A stretch of DNA of 64,000 bases from Candidatus Latescibacterota bacterium (GTDB taxonomy: Bacteria; Latescibacterota; UBA2968), in the NCBI GenBank assembly GCA_965198115.1, contig OZ240241.1:7296001-7360000 (forward strand), in the 5' to 3' direction. Made by a program: the position numbers and the translations under genes. The first letter of the stretch is position 1, and each line of letters starts with the position of its first letter. The notes below the pieces were generated by a model that was not told the DNA's origin, ran no database searches, and saw nothing but the letters and a program-made list of their open reading frames with translations. Shown here piece by piece: positions 31,833-42,942 of this stretch.

Positions 31833-32763
31833 TCACTCAATTCTTAAATCGTACCTTTGGAATGTCTCCTTAAGAAATTCATCATTCTTCCCCTTTCGGA
31901 TATTGACCCACTTAAGCGCCCTCCGTCCTGTACCGAAAACAGGGGGGAAGTCATCGTGCTTCGGTTCGAGCTTAAGGCAACGTGTGCCCTTAAGTCATGA
32001 CTTTAAACCATATGTCGTCGGCAGTGGGAGCGAGTTCCCTCATCGCTGTTTCATCGTGGACTTCGCGGGACAAGGATAGTGGTGGGTACAGCACGCCGTC
32101 CCTTCCTGTTGGGAACAACGATAGACTAGGTCCCCGTCCGGTATGTTCTGGCCATTCTGTGTAGGGCAGAAGATTGCCGTCCGGATCACACGACATTGTC
32201 CACCCACGATAGCACACAATGCACGACGGGTACCCAAGGTGGGTAAGGTATAGCTTCTCTAGCCAACTTCTCGGATAGACAACGTCATCATCCGCTGTAA
32301 CGATGACTTCCTTCGGATATTCTCGCAGAGCAGGAAGTAGCTTGGTATGTGGGCCTACATCTTGCGTCCACTTAACACTTAGACCTCTCTTCGACAGCCT
32401 CATTAGATTTGCCATTCTGTCAGATGTTGGCTTTAGGATAGGATCCGACTCCGATAACCATAAGATGAGAACATCTGGTTTTAGAGATTGACGGAGCAAT
32501 GACTCCAAAGCTACGTGTGCCCGACCCACACGGTCTGAAGTGGTTGTAAGACTGACTACAAGCAGCCTCCTGTCCTGGCTCGTAGTGTCGACTCCGACCG
32601 TACTGCACCAACGTCCGGCGACCGGGAGGATGAGCCCTTGCGCTAGCCCCACAGCCAGTCTTCGGCACTTCTTGACGGCCCGAAGTGCAGTCTCGGAAGT
32701 ACTCGCCCCCCGTTTCCTCAGTGTTCTTTTCGCTCTCAAGGCTCTCTGAGGACCTATCGCCAT
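31833..32763 (-). pseudogene. GT-A fold glycosyltransferase with frameshifted C-terminus
   Basis: VVSLTT, ESLLRQSLKPD, IVTADDDVVYP (DxD), FPTGRDGVLYPP and APTADDIWF; tail ALKWVN..KNDEFL lies in another frame. Confidence 0.85.
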
Positions 32764-32772
32764 AGCGACATA

Positions 32773-33177
32773 GCATCGTTGCAAGCCCTTCGCCTGCAAC
32801 GACTTATCGCTCGCGGATTGTATGTGGCAGCGGCCTGTTTCCGACGCGGATTGTATGCTGCGGCATACTTCTCCCGTCAGACGCCGGGCGGCGCTGCGGC
32901 ATACTTCTTCCGTCAGACTGCATCACCGGCGCACAGGCCTCTGTCGGTGCCCAGTCCGCCAGGACGCACTGCCTGACGCGGATTCTATGTGTCGCAGCAG
33001 GTAGCCTGACGCGGATTGTATGGCGCAGCGGCGTCAGCCTGACGCGGATTGTATCCGTGCGCATAGATTGCGCGTGTCTCGGCGAGCGGCGGCAGGGGTG
33101 ACATGAGAGTACAAAAAATATCCGTCAGATTTTTCCTGTGAGCCTCCGGGTACAAAAAATATCCGTCAGATTTTTCT
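32773..33177. repeat. Iteron-like repeat array
   Basis: (CTGA)CGCGGATT(G/C)TATG at 32812/32845 and 32971/33004/33037 (33-bp period); inverted variants near 32857/32893; 27-bp direct repeat at 33109/33150. Confidence 0.85.
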
Positions 33178-33488
33178 CTCCCGCCGTGAAACAGGTTGAC
33201 GGCACGATGGTTATTCTCGGACTACGTAGGCACTGGAAACGGCTTCTGGACCGCACTGTCGGGTTGCCGTTTTTTTGTTGGTAATACGGCTTGATGTGTG
33301 CTATTGGGTCAGATTAACCCCTTGAAGCCGAATAAGACGATCTGGGGCCTTCAATTCACAAGAACCATAGATTTCCCTTGTTTGTACCGGATCGTGGCTT
33401 AAAACAGCTGTACGGCTGTCTGGAGGGGTACAAGCGAAAACCCCCCAAGAAAGGTTACCTGAGGGCCTCACTTCAAGTACCGATTGGA

Positions 33489-35031
33489 TTATGACTTCGG
33501 ATTCAACGGATTTTCCCACGAAGGCGGCAAAGGAAGTGGTCTGCGGATTTTCGGTTTACGTCTTTGTGTACGGGGCAGACCCACAGGGTCCTGTGACTGT
33601 TCTCCGTCGGGAGACAAGTTCACCAGTGAGGGTGCCCTGTCCTGGACTGTTACGTTATCCACTGCCATGTAGGGCCTTGCGCCCGTCGTATTCTCCGGGT
33701 CCGTAATGACCGTTACGTCGAATGTCTTCCGGCTCGCGCAGACCTTTAATCGCGACATCGAATGCCGCATCAGGGTGCTGCTGTCGTTGTCGAAGAAATC
33801 CACGATTCGCGCCGACTTGTGCTTGCCTGTACCGGACGCACGAAGTACCCGGCCGATCCGCTGAATCATCATCTTGTCTGACTTCATCCCGCCTGCAACA
33901 ATCAGAGTGTCCAGTGATGGAATGTCCACACCTTCGCCCAGGATGGTTCCCACGATGCACAGGAGCTTCTTCTTCTCGAACGCCTTGATCGTGGCTGTGC
34001 GCTCCTGTGCCGTAGACTTCCCATGAAGGAACACGCAACCGGGAATCATATTGCTGAGTACGGACCCATGCTGCTCGATCTGCCCGCCTTCATGTCCTCT
34101 GCCGCTATTTTGGCGATCATGGCGTTGCGCCGTGCGTTTCCGAGCAGGTCCTGTTCGTACTTCTTGTGCCACGGCCGCCGGTTCCTGATTGAAGTGGTGC
34201 GGATGAACACTTCGTGGAATTCCACTGCGGGACGCGACACAGGATGCCTCGCTCGACGAGCTCGTCGGTACCCACATTGGAGATCACGCGGCCCGTTGCC
34301 GCTTCGAGGAGTCTTCTTCCAGCCTCGCCCTCTTCTCCGGGTGTAGCGGTAAATCCTATCCGGTACCAGGCGTCGGACATCTGTACCAGCCGGTACCACG
34401 TATTGCCGTTCGCGTTCGGGGACTTCGCTACGTGGTGACACTCGTCCACGATGATGCAGCCTGCGTCAGAAAGCAGGTCTTGCACTTCGGATGTATCTTT
34501 TCTTTTCCAGAGTATTTGGGCCGTGCATACGACGAGCGGCTTGTGCGGCTCCCACTTTCCGCCCCCGCACCGGCCGATGTGCTCGGCGGATATGATCTCC
34601 GCCAGGTCTCTGGCCGTCTGTACGAGCAGCGTCCGGTTCGGCACAAAGTAGATCGTGCGCCTGCATATCTTCTGGATGGTTACGGCAGCAGTGGCCGTCT
34701 TGCCCGATCCTGTGGCATGGTTGACAATACCCCTTCCCTCCGACAGTGCGGCCTCCGATGCTTCGATCTGATAGTCTCGCAGGTGCATGGTAGTCTTGCC
34801 GAACTGGTAGGAAGAGTGTACGTCCTTCCGCATATCCATGACACGCGAACTGAATCCAGCCTTGTCCAGTGCGGCCACGATGCCGGGCGTCCACCCGGAC
34901 GGAAAGGCTCCGGTGCGCCGAGACAGGTAGCAGGCATGCTTGGGATTGGCGACGGACTTCCTTCTTCGCCGGTCGTAGTAGAAGTCCGTCCACTTGATCG
35001 TGCATACGCGCCTGATGACCCTCAGGGCCAT
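33489..35031 (-). pseudogene. SF2 helicase, UvsW/phage-like, with two frameshifts
   Basis: LRDYQ, ATGSGKT, VDECHH and GFTATP; later ILGEGVDIP, QRIGRVLR and IVDFFD...RHS..R in other frames. Confidence 0.88.
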
Positions 35032-35857
35032 CGCACTGTCCGTGGCGACGATCGAGTACGAGTTGTAGAGTGCGATCCTTACGTCAGGTATGTCAGAAAT
35101 TCTCCCGTATACAAGGTAGAAAGTGTCGTAAAGTGTGTCATATAGGTAATGACTTACAGAGGATCATGGCATAGCCAGTTCGTTCTTGTCATGGGACCTG
35201 TGTGAACCAGAGAGCGCGTCTCCTGCGTCGAAAACACTTCATGAAGAAAATATACGCATCTCCGTAAAGATCGTGGCCCAGGAGGCCCGACAGGGCGCAC
35301 AGGGTATGGAAACGCCCGGACTCTTGTCCTTCGATCTGGAAACGGAGCGTCCCTTTGGTGGTTTTTCCTTGCCTTTCACAGGCTAAAAACAGGTCCCTGA
35401 GTAAAAAAATCCTTTTTTGTAAGAATAGCCCTGATTGGACTTGCGTCCGGTTTTTCTTTCGAAAAAGAAGAAATATGAAAATAATTCGGACCACCGTCCG
35501 TTTCAGGCGTATTCTAATCAAAAACGAAAAAAAAGAAGGGGGGGACGATTCCCAGCGTACCATACGTCAAATACGTTACAGATCAAAAGCGGTACGACAT
35601 GAAAAGCCGTACGACGTTCAAGGGAAAAACCAAAGACCCCTTGAACTACAATTTTCTACGAAAATTGTATCCCGTCATGCGCGCGCGAGGATTTTTTCGA
35701 AACGCCGGTACGTTCACCTCAAATATCCTGACTGGCTGTCCACCGGAAGGATGCCGATGCCGTTTGATCGTGTTCTGGACCATACGGGAGCCACAGGGAG
35801 CCTTTCGGGCTTCTGGGTGAGTAGATTGCCGTTTCGATGCTTCAATGGCCTTAAAAA

Positions 35858-36838
35858 GGCTCTATCCGGGTTTCTCAACGGTGAAACTATAGAATGACAA
35901 GGTCATAGATCGTTCCCTACGCTTGGTTGTGTGTGTAGGACAATCAAAGCGAAGGGGGTGCGACCTATGACCGGGAGCAGATTACTATCGAAACTGCTGA
36001 GATTCAAGGGGTTCCGTGTTGTCAGCTGGTGGTTTGAGGGGAGAAGCTGTTTCGTCATCGCCGTAAAGCCACATAAGAATGGTTGTTGTTGTCTGGAGTG
36101 CGGCCGTCGAGGTAAAATCGTCCGCACAATGCCCCATCCGCGTCGGTGGCGTGACATTCCGGTGTGCGGGTGGAGGGTCTGGCTTCTCTACCATCCTCGG
36201 GAGATTCGGTGTCCTACCCACGGTCGTGTGGTCGAGGAGATTCCGTGGGCGGAGCGGTTCTCTCGGGTGACGTATCGCTTCGAGTATGCCATGCTGCGCT
36301 ACTGCCAGACCATGACGCAGAAGGCGGCGTCCGAGTTACTGCGCATCTCTGCCTCGACGCTGTCGGATCTCCTTCACCGATCCATCACGCGGCTTCGTGA
36401 AGGTCATCGTATCCGAGGGCTCAAAACCATCGGGATCGACGAGATCTCCTACGCCAAGCGTCACAGGTACGCCACGCTCGTTTACGATCTGGACCGCTCC
36501 TGCGTGGTGTGGGTTGGCCGCGGCAGGGCGCGTAAAACGATCGATCGGTTCTTCACAGAGGCTCTCAGTCCCTACCAGAGATCCAAGATCGAGTGGGCCT
36601 GCTGCGACATGAGCGAAGCTTACATCGGAGCCATCCAGGAACACTGTCCGAATGCCAAGCTGGTCCTCGATCGCTTTCACATCGTCAAGGCTCTCAATGC
36701 CGCCGTTGACGAGGTCCGTAAGGACCAGTGGCGTAAAGCTGCCCCGGATGAGCGCAAAGCCATGAAGGGCCTCCGATGGCTCCTCTACCGGCACTCAGCG
36801 ACACGCTCCAGAGGGGATACTCGGACACTCAAAGCACT
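35858..36838 (+). mobile_element. ISL3 copy 2, 3'-truncated
   Basis: Same left IR and near-identical sequence to 10297-11717. Confidence 0.93.
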
Positions 36839-37140
36839 TCCTGGAGCGCACCCTTTCGAGCACGAACGTCATCGAAAACCTGATCGGACAGTTGCGCCAA
36901 CTCTCAGGCCGCGTCAAGCGATGGAAGAGCGGCCGCATGATCCTGCGCTGGAGCGCCGCCGGTGCCTTGGAAGCCGAACGGGGCTTCCGGCGACTCAAGG
37001 GCTACCGCCAGATGACCAAGCTTGTGGTCGCCCTTCAGACGCACGATGCCGCCCTCGACGGGAACGTTGAAGGACGCCCTGCAGCCGCCTGAAACCATCA
37101 CATGCCGCTGCCCAATTTCAACAGCGAAAAAGACATTGCC
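36839..37140 (+). mobile_element. IS256-family type C 3' fragment
   Basis: STNVIENL...VKRWKSGRMILRWSAAGALEAERGFRRLKG; end TTTCAACAGCGAAAAAGACATTGCC. Confidence 0.82.
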
Positions 37141-37422
37141 CATCTCTCCAGGAGCAGATTGGGAATCTTGAGCGCCAGATCGCCGGCGAAGCGAAGCGCC
37201 CCCGCCGGCAGTTTTCCACAGCCTCCCGGGAGCGTAACCGTGGGCACAGTGGCCGAAACGGAATTTGCCTCACTGAGCAATGTGAATCACGTGACGCTTG
37301 ACGTGTCAATGTCCCCTGATTGCCCGAAACCTACTTCGGAAGTGGATGTTCTTGGGAATCCATACTAACCAGCTTTACACTTGAGACTGTCGTCGAACCT
37401 GAAATCGTAGGAGGGAACACCG

Positions 37423-37848
37423 ATGCAACTGACCGACGAGCATTACGCGGCAGCGGTGATTATCCACGAGTGTGAGCTCGCAGGAACCCCGGTCAAGGAG
37501 ATGGCGAGCAGGATTGGGGTGTCCCGCCAAACATTATACAACTGGTTTCGCGATCCTCAATTTGTTGCTCTTCACAAAGGTCAGCAGAAGAATTGGGAAC
37601 GCAGGATCAGTCACATCACACTCACCTACAGACGCGCCCGGCTCGAAAAGCTGGATGCGATGGCCCGCGACCCGAAGGAGTCCAGTTCGATAGTTCTCCG
37701 GGCCCTGAAGCAGATCGCCGACGAGACAGCTGCCGACACCGCAGGGATGCTCGAAGACCTGATGGAGCAGATCGCGGACCTTGAGCGCAGGGTGAGGAAT
37801 CCCACCAAGAGGGGGCGGGTAGGTGAGATTCAGGACCTGTCAGAGTAG
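37423..37848 (+). CDS. HTH protein (phBC6A51/terminase small subunit-like)
   Basis: GGAGGG RBS; KEMASRIGVSRQTLYNWFRDPQF helix-turn-helix followed by a helical C-terminus. Confidence 0.7.
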   Translation: MQLTDEHYAAAVIIHECELAGTPVKEMASRIGVSRQTLYNWFRDPQFVALHKGQQKNWERRISHITLTYRRARLEKLDAMARDPKESSSIVLRALKQIADETAADTAGMLEDLMEQIADLERRVRNPTKRGRVGEIQDLSE

Positions 37849-38329
37849 CGGAAGACTTCGACCGTCCTATCGCGAACGTCATCCACCGTCGCATACCGAT
37901 CCTGCCGCAGCTTGAGCTTGGGCGGCACACAGCCCCTTTGCTGGACAGGATTGTCACATACCAGAATCCATCGTGGCCATCCCAGATGTGGATGTCGTAG
38001 GATCTGCCGTTGTGCCGGAACGGTGCTGGTAGTGGCAAAGAGAAACCCTTTTCTCGTGTGATGAGAGAGGGGTTCGTTATTGTAGACACTTTGGATGTAG
38101 CTGCCAGGGCCGGCCTGGGGCGGCGTTGGAGCACCGATAACCGTCGTGGTCAGTCAGTACCTGGACCGACCCACGGCTCTCAGCAAGGCGTTATCGGGAC
38201 GCTCCTGGCCCGTTGATTGATGGAGCGGATAAGACAGTACTCGTGAATCGGGAATTTTGTGACCGATAATCATTAGGCGTGTATCGGGAGTCGGGGTGGA
38301 TGTGTCTGGGGTGGGATTCCTGGTACACG

Positions 38330-39124
38330 ACATTGAACTGAGCCGCGGTCTATGGGTATTGGATAAGGTGATTCTGGGCTGGTTGAGTCGAGAAAGAGGG
38401 GTATTGCCGTATCCCGGAGCGCAGAACGGGGCTTACTAGCCTGTCGAGAAGGACTGTGTCGTTAGTGGGAGCCAAGGGTCTGGACGCACCTGTGGTGTTG
38501 AGAGGTGGGAGATCGGGATGTCGGAGGCTTTTTGAATGGTTCTACGCTGCCGCGGCCGTTCTGGGCACTTCTGGCGGTCGTTGCGGCGGGAGGCCCTCGA
38601 TAAGCATCATGGGCCCACAGTTGCTGCAGACACGGACATCGACCCCGGCGACGCGCAGAAGCAGGTCCTGCCAGGACGTCTCTGTCTGGGAAGTGCTGGA
38701 AGTCCAGATGGTCAGCAGCAGCGCTCTACATTGGCGCAGCTTTCTGCCGCTGCGGTTGCTGAGAATACCGTAGTGCCGGATCTTGACGAACCCGTCGGGC
38801 AGAACGTGGAGCAGGAAACGTCTCATGAACTCAAGGACGTCCAGGCTCATCGTGGCGTGGCGATTGGTCTCTTGAGATGCTCGGTACCGGAACCGAACGT
38901 GTGTGTCGTCGTGGGCAATTAGGCGATGGTTCGAGATGGCAATGCGGTGGGTGTATCGACTCAGATAGGCCACGACGTGTTCGGCATTGTGGAACGGAGG
39001 CTTGCAGTAGACGATCCATTCTTTCCGGTAGAGGTCGTCCAGGAGCCGGGCATCGAATGAATGCTAGCCTCCTGCTACGAAGCAGATGCCGGAGTTTGTC
39101 GAGGAACTTGCCGCGAAAGAGCAC
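38330..39124 (-). mobile_element. IS91-family (Y2) transposase 3' remnant with ori-like end
   Basis: LFRGKFL; YLSRYTHRIAISNHRL; EFMRRFLLHVLPDGFVKIRHYGILSNR; downstream CCCATAGACCGCGGCTCAGTTCAA. Confidence 0.85.
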
Positions 39125-39198
39125 AACGAACAGAATGCTCGGCAGAGAGCATGAATACCACGGAGCCCGATGAGTTTCAACTGACTATGGGACTTGAC
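39125..39198 (+). mobile_element. Isolated IS256-B right end
   Basis: GGAGCCCGATGAGTTTCAACTGACTATGGGACTTGACC. Confidence 0.85.
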
Positions 39199-39643
39199 CT
39201 TGAAGCCAACCAGTTCCGACTCTTTCTACACAGTGCTGCATACGCCTTGCTTCACGCACTCCGATCACAGGGACTCAAGGGCACCGCGTGGACCAAACCT
39301 CAGGTCAACACGATACAGAACCGTTTCCTCAAAATCGGCGCGAGAGTCATTGAAAGCGCACGAAGAATCCGATTCCATTTTCCAACATCGTATCCACTCA
39401 AAAACGTCTTGGTGTCAATCATCACCAGGCTCGAAACGAACACGCAGTAACAACGCCGATCTATACCGGGGACAGCTATGTACACGTCGCAAAACAACAC
39501 CTGTTCCGGACGAAAATCGTGACTCTTGCGACTCGTAGAGACCGCTTACGGGACCTTGGACATCCGAAGAAGCCGAGAACAAATCCTGTGCGTGATCACA
39601 TCACTCCAAAACAACCTAAACTCAAATTCATGCATGATTCAGG
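39199..39643 (+). mobile_element. IS1380-family 3' fragment
   Basis: EANQFRLFLHSAAYALL...LKIGARV; followed by CTAG. Confidence 0.88.
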
Positions 39644-39698
39644 CTAGGGGCCTGTCACGAAATTAGTAATTGACCTTGTGCTGCCAGAACAGAGCGGC

Positions 39699-39774
39699 GT
39701 CAGTTCGAGCGTAGTCGAGAACACGCCCAATAAGGAGCCGCGAATCGGGACTTCTCGACTCCGCTCGAAGTGAC
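39699..39774. repeat. REP-like inverted repeat pair
   Basis: GTCAGTTCGAGCGTAGTCGAGAA ... TTCTCGACTCCGCTCGAAGTGAC (23-bp arms, 2 mismatches). Confidence 0.8.
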
Positions 39775-39847
39775 CCTGCTTCCTGTCATTCTACAGTGCG
39801 ACTTACGTGCCACCCCGCTAGACAAAAACGAAGGCTGAGAGGAGACA

Positions 39848-40900
39848 ATGATGCAATATCACGCTGCCCTGATCGGGTGCGGACGTATGGGTGCGACGAT
39901 CGACGATGAAGTCGCCGATCGCCCTAACAGTGAGAGATGGATCCCGTTCTCCCACGCAGCAGCTGCGGTCGCGTGCGAGAGAACGGATCTGATCGCGGTT
40001 TCGGACGTGTTCGAGGAAAAAGCTGAGTCGATTCGCGACAGGTATGATGTTCCCGTTTGCTATACCGACTTTCGTGAGATGATCGACAAGGAGTCGCCTG
40101 ACATTGTCTGCGTGGCGACACGCCCAGCCACACACGAAGAGATCGTCGTCCACGCTGCCGAAGTGGGCGTCAGAGGGATCTATTGTGAGAAACCGCTCTG
40201 TTGTTCGATGGCCGAAGCCGATCGGATGGTGGACGCCGTAGAACGTTACGGGGTCAAGTTCAACTATGGCACCCAACGGAGATTCGCCCCTGCGTACAAG
40301 CTGATGCGAAAACTTATCGATGACGGTGAGCTGGGGGATATCGAGGCGGTGATCGTTCAGCAGGGCGTTGGGTCGGCTCTTTGGGGGCTGACACACGGTG
40401 CAGATATGATGCAGTTCCTCGCGAGGGACTCTGACATCGAGTTCGTTCAGGGTGCGATCGCCGTCGAAGAGGGGAACTGGGACGGCAATCGACTGAACAT
40501 CGATCCCGGTATCGTGTCGGGGTTCGTCCAGTTCGAGGGTGGGGCGCGAGGATATTTTACGGCTGGAACGGGGACCGAATTCGAGGTGAGCGGATCGGAA
40601 GGCAAGCTGCGCACGTTCGACGACGGGGTGACGATTTCACTTCGGAAGGAAGTCGAAGGTGGATATCCCATGGCAACCGAGCCTTTCCCGGATTACCAGC
40701 TCGAAAGCGGAACGCCCCACGGGATTCGAGATATTGCAGAGGCTTTGGACGAGGATCGTGAGACGCAGGGCCCGATTCAGCTCGCCCGCGCGAGCCAGGA
40801 AATGCTGATGGGCTTCATCGAATCACACCGTCTGGGAGGTAAGAGGGTGTCGATTCCGATGGAAAACCGGGATCTTTACGTGGGCAGGGAAAACTGGTGA
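39848..40900 (+). CDS. Gfo/Idh/MocA oxidoreductase
   Basis: IGCGRMG Rossmann motif, CEKP and QRRF. Confidence 0.92.
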   Translation: MMQYHAALIGCGRMGATIDDEVADRPNSERWIPFSHAAAAVACERTDLIAVSDVFEEKAESIRDRYDVPVCYTDFREMIDKESPDIVCVATRPATHEEIVVHAAEVGVRGIYCEKPLCCSMAEADRMVDAVERYGVKFNYGTQRRFAPAYKLMRKLIDDGELGDIEAVIVQQGVGSALWGLTHGADMMQFLARDSDIEFVQGAIAVEEGNWDGNRLNIDPGIVSGFVQFEGGARGYFTAGTGTEFEVSGSEGKLRTFDDGVTISLRKEVEGGYPMATEPFPDYQLESGTPHGIRDIAEALDEDRETQGPIQLARASQEMLMGFIESHRLGGKRVSIPMENRDLYVGRENW

Positions 40901-40939
40901 AGCAAATCGAAGCGGGAGGGAAAACAGGAGGGTCAACCG

Positions 40940-41236
40940 ATGAAACTGAACATCAAGGCGTTCACGATTGCGGCCGGCTTGATTTGGGGAGGGGCGGTGC
41001 TGACGGTCGCGCTCACGAGCTTGGTTTGGGACGGGTACGGCGTGGCGTTTCTCCAGGTGGTGGCCTCCATCTACCCTGGGTATGACGGGTCGGCCACGTT
41101 CGGAGGGGTCGTGGTCGCCACGCTTTATGCCCTGGTCGACGGCGGTTTTGCGGCACTCATCTTTGCCGCGATCTACAATCTGCTGGCTGATCGATTCGGA
41201 TCCGAATCGTCGGGCGAGGCCACAGTAAGCGCATAG
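40940..41236 (+). CDS. Small two-TM membrane protein
   Basis: AGGAGG RBS; hydrophobic segments around ASIYPGY. Confidence 0.75.
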   Translation: MKLNIKAFTIAAGLIWGGAVLTVALTSLVWDGYGVAFLQVVASIYPGYDGSATFGGVVVATLYALVDGGFAALIFAAIYNLLADRFGSESSGEATVSA

Positions 41237-41276
41237 TTCTCGTTGCGAAACTGTAGAGCAAGATCGAGTGCCGCGG

Positions 41277-41610
41277 TTAACCGCGCCACGCTGGTTGGGT
41301 GACGTGCAGGAGATACGCTCGCTCGGCTACTGTGATCACCGCACGCGTTCCCTTTTCGATGTAGCCCAGGTCTCCCGGACCGCGTCTGACTCGGCGCCTC
41401 GACCTCCTGAACTTGAAGGGATCCGTCCAGCACGTAAAAGACTTCGTTGTAATCGAAGGTCCATTCGAACCGGCTCGGCGCCACGTATTCTGTGAAGCCG
41501 GCCGCCAGACAGTCGTCTTTTCCCACGATGGGATCGGACACGTGTACCTTTGCGCCTACGACATCGAACGGCTTTAGATCCCTCCGGTCCGACCTCACGA
41601 TTCGAACCAT
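41277..41610 (-). pseudogene. EutQ-like cupin with apparent frameshift
   Basis: AAGFTEY...FEWTFDYNEVFYVLDGSL; the C-terminal strand continues in another frame. Confidence 0.7.
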
Positions 41611-41626
41611 TCCTTCCGCCTCGTTT

Positions 41627-42928
41627 TCAATTGAATTGGGGCAGCCACTCCGCGTGGACGGCCAGGTATTCGTCCAGGATGCTCTCGGCCGTTTCGATGT
41701 CGTTGATCACGGGATCTGCGAGCAGCGACTGTAAGGCGATGGCTCTGTCGCCCGTCACAGCTGCGTCAACGGCCAGCTCCGCCACGTGCACTTGGTTGCT
41801 GCACCAGGCTGCGATCTGTGATGGCAGATTCCCGAACTTGACCCCGTCAGGGCCATTCGTACCGACGATCGCGGGTACCTCGACGATGACGTCTTGAGGT
41901 AGATTCGAGATGTAATCGTTATTTGGGATGTTGAGCGCGAGCTCCGACGTGTCGAGCCCGTCGCGAATGGCCAGAAGGACGTGAATTGCCCGTTCTCCGG
42001 ATCCTCCACGTAGGCTGTCGATCGATCGACTGCCGTCGATCATCTCCGAGATTTCACCCCACATCGTCTCTCGTCGCGTGTCTTCACCGTCCCAGTGCAG
42101 AAGCCAGTGGTCGTGGTCGTATTTCTGCCACGATTCATATGCCCGGACGTGCATGAAAGGGAGATACTCCCCGACGTGGTCGTCGCTCGGGAAGGGCATA
42201 AAACCAAAAGTACGAAACAGATCCGACCAGAGATGTCGCTTGTCGGGATCGTGATCCGCGGCCTTTTCGCGGAGCAACGGGTAGACATCCTCACCAGTGA
42301 CCTTCGAGCGAACCTCCATGACCCAGTGGAAATGATTCAGACCCGCCGCTCGGATGTCGAGGTCATCAGGATCGCGATCCAGGAGCTCTCCGATGAGGCC
42401 GTACGGTTGACCCTATGCCGTGGCAGAAACCGATGGTCTTAACCGAGGTGTACTTGGTGACACCCCTGCAGATCCGGGGCAACGGGTTTGTGTAGTTGAG
42501 AAACAGGCATCGAGACAGTATGTCTCGACCTTGCGAGCGACGTCGAGAACAAGCGGGACGGTTCGGAGTGTGTGTGCAAGTCCACCCGGACCACCGTTTT
42601 CTCCGAGGACCTGCATGACGCCGTACTTGTGAGGGATTTGCATGTCCAGCTGCCAGAGCCGGTCGCGGTTCGCCTCGATCATGGAGATGACGAAGTCGGA
42701 ACCGGGAAGAGCCTCCACGAGGTCCGTCGTGGCATGAATGCGGAATCCAGCGGACCACTCCTCGTTCATCCGCATTGCCAACGACAACATCGGCTCGAGG
42801 GCCTCGGTTCGGATGTCAACAAGATGCAGTTCGCTCCCCGACAACTCGTACCGCGAAAGGATATCTCCGAGGGTCCTGGGTCCAAAGCTTGCACTTCCGA
42901 TACCGACCACGACAATTTTAACGCTCAC
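41627..42928 (-). pseudogene. GH4 alpha-galactosidase-like enzyme with apparent frameshifts
   Basis: VVGIGSASFG, GENGGPGG, NYTNP, GFCHG, AAGLNHFHW and NIPN..ISNLP..VIVEVP spread over three frames. Confidence 0.85.
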
Positions 42929-42942
42929 GTGAGGTTCCTTTC

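Noticed and set aside
32773-33177. CRISPR array
   Set aside because: Repeats are about 17-19 bp with about 14-bp spacers in mixed orientations, and no cas genes are present.
35931-37070. Full-length 379-aa ISL3 transposase
   Set aside because: Chimeric: ISL3 sequence stops at 36838 and continues out of frame into an IS256 fragment.
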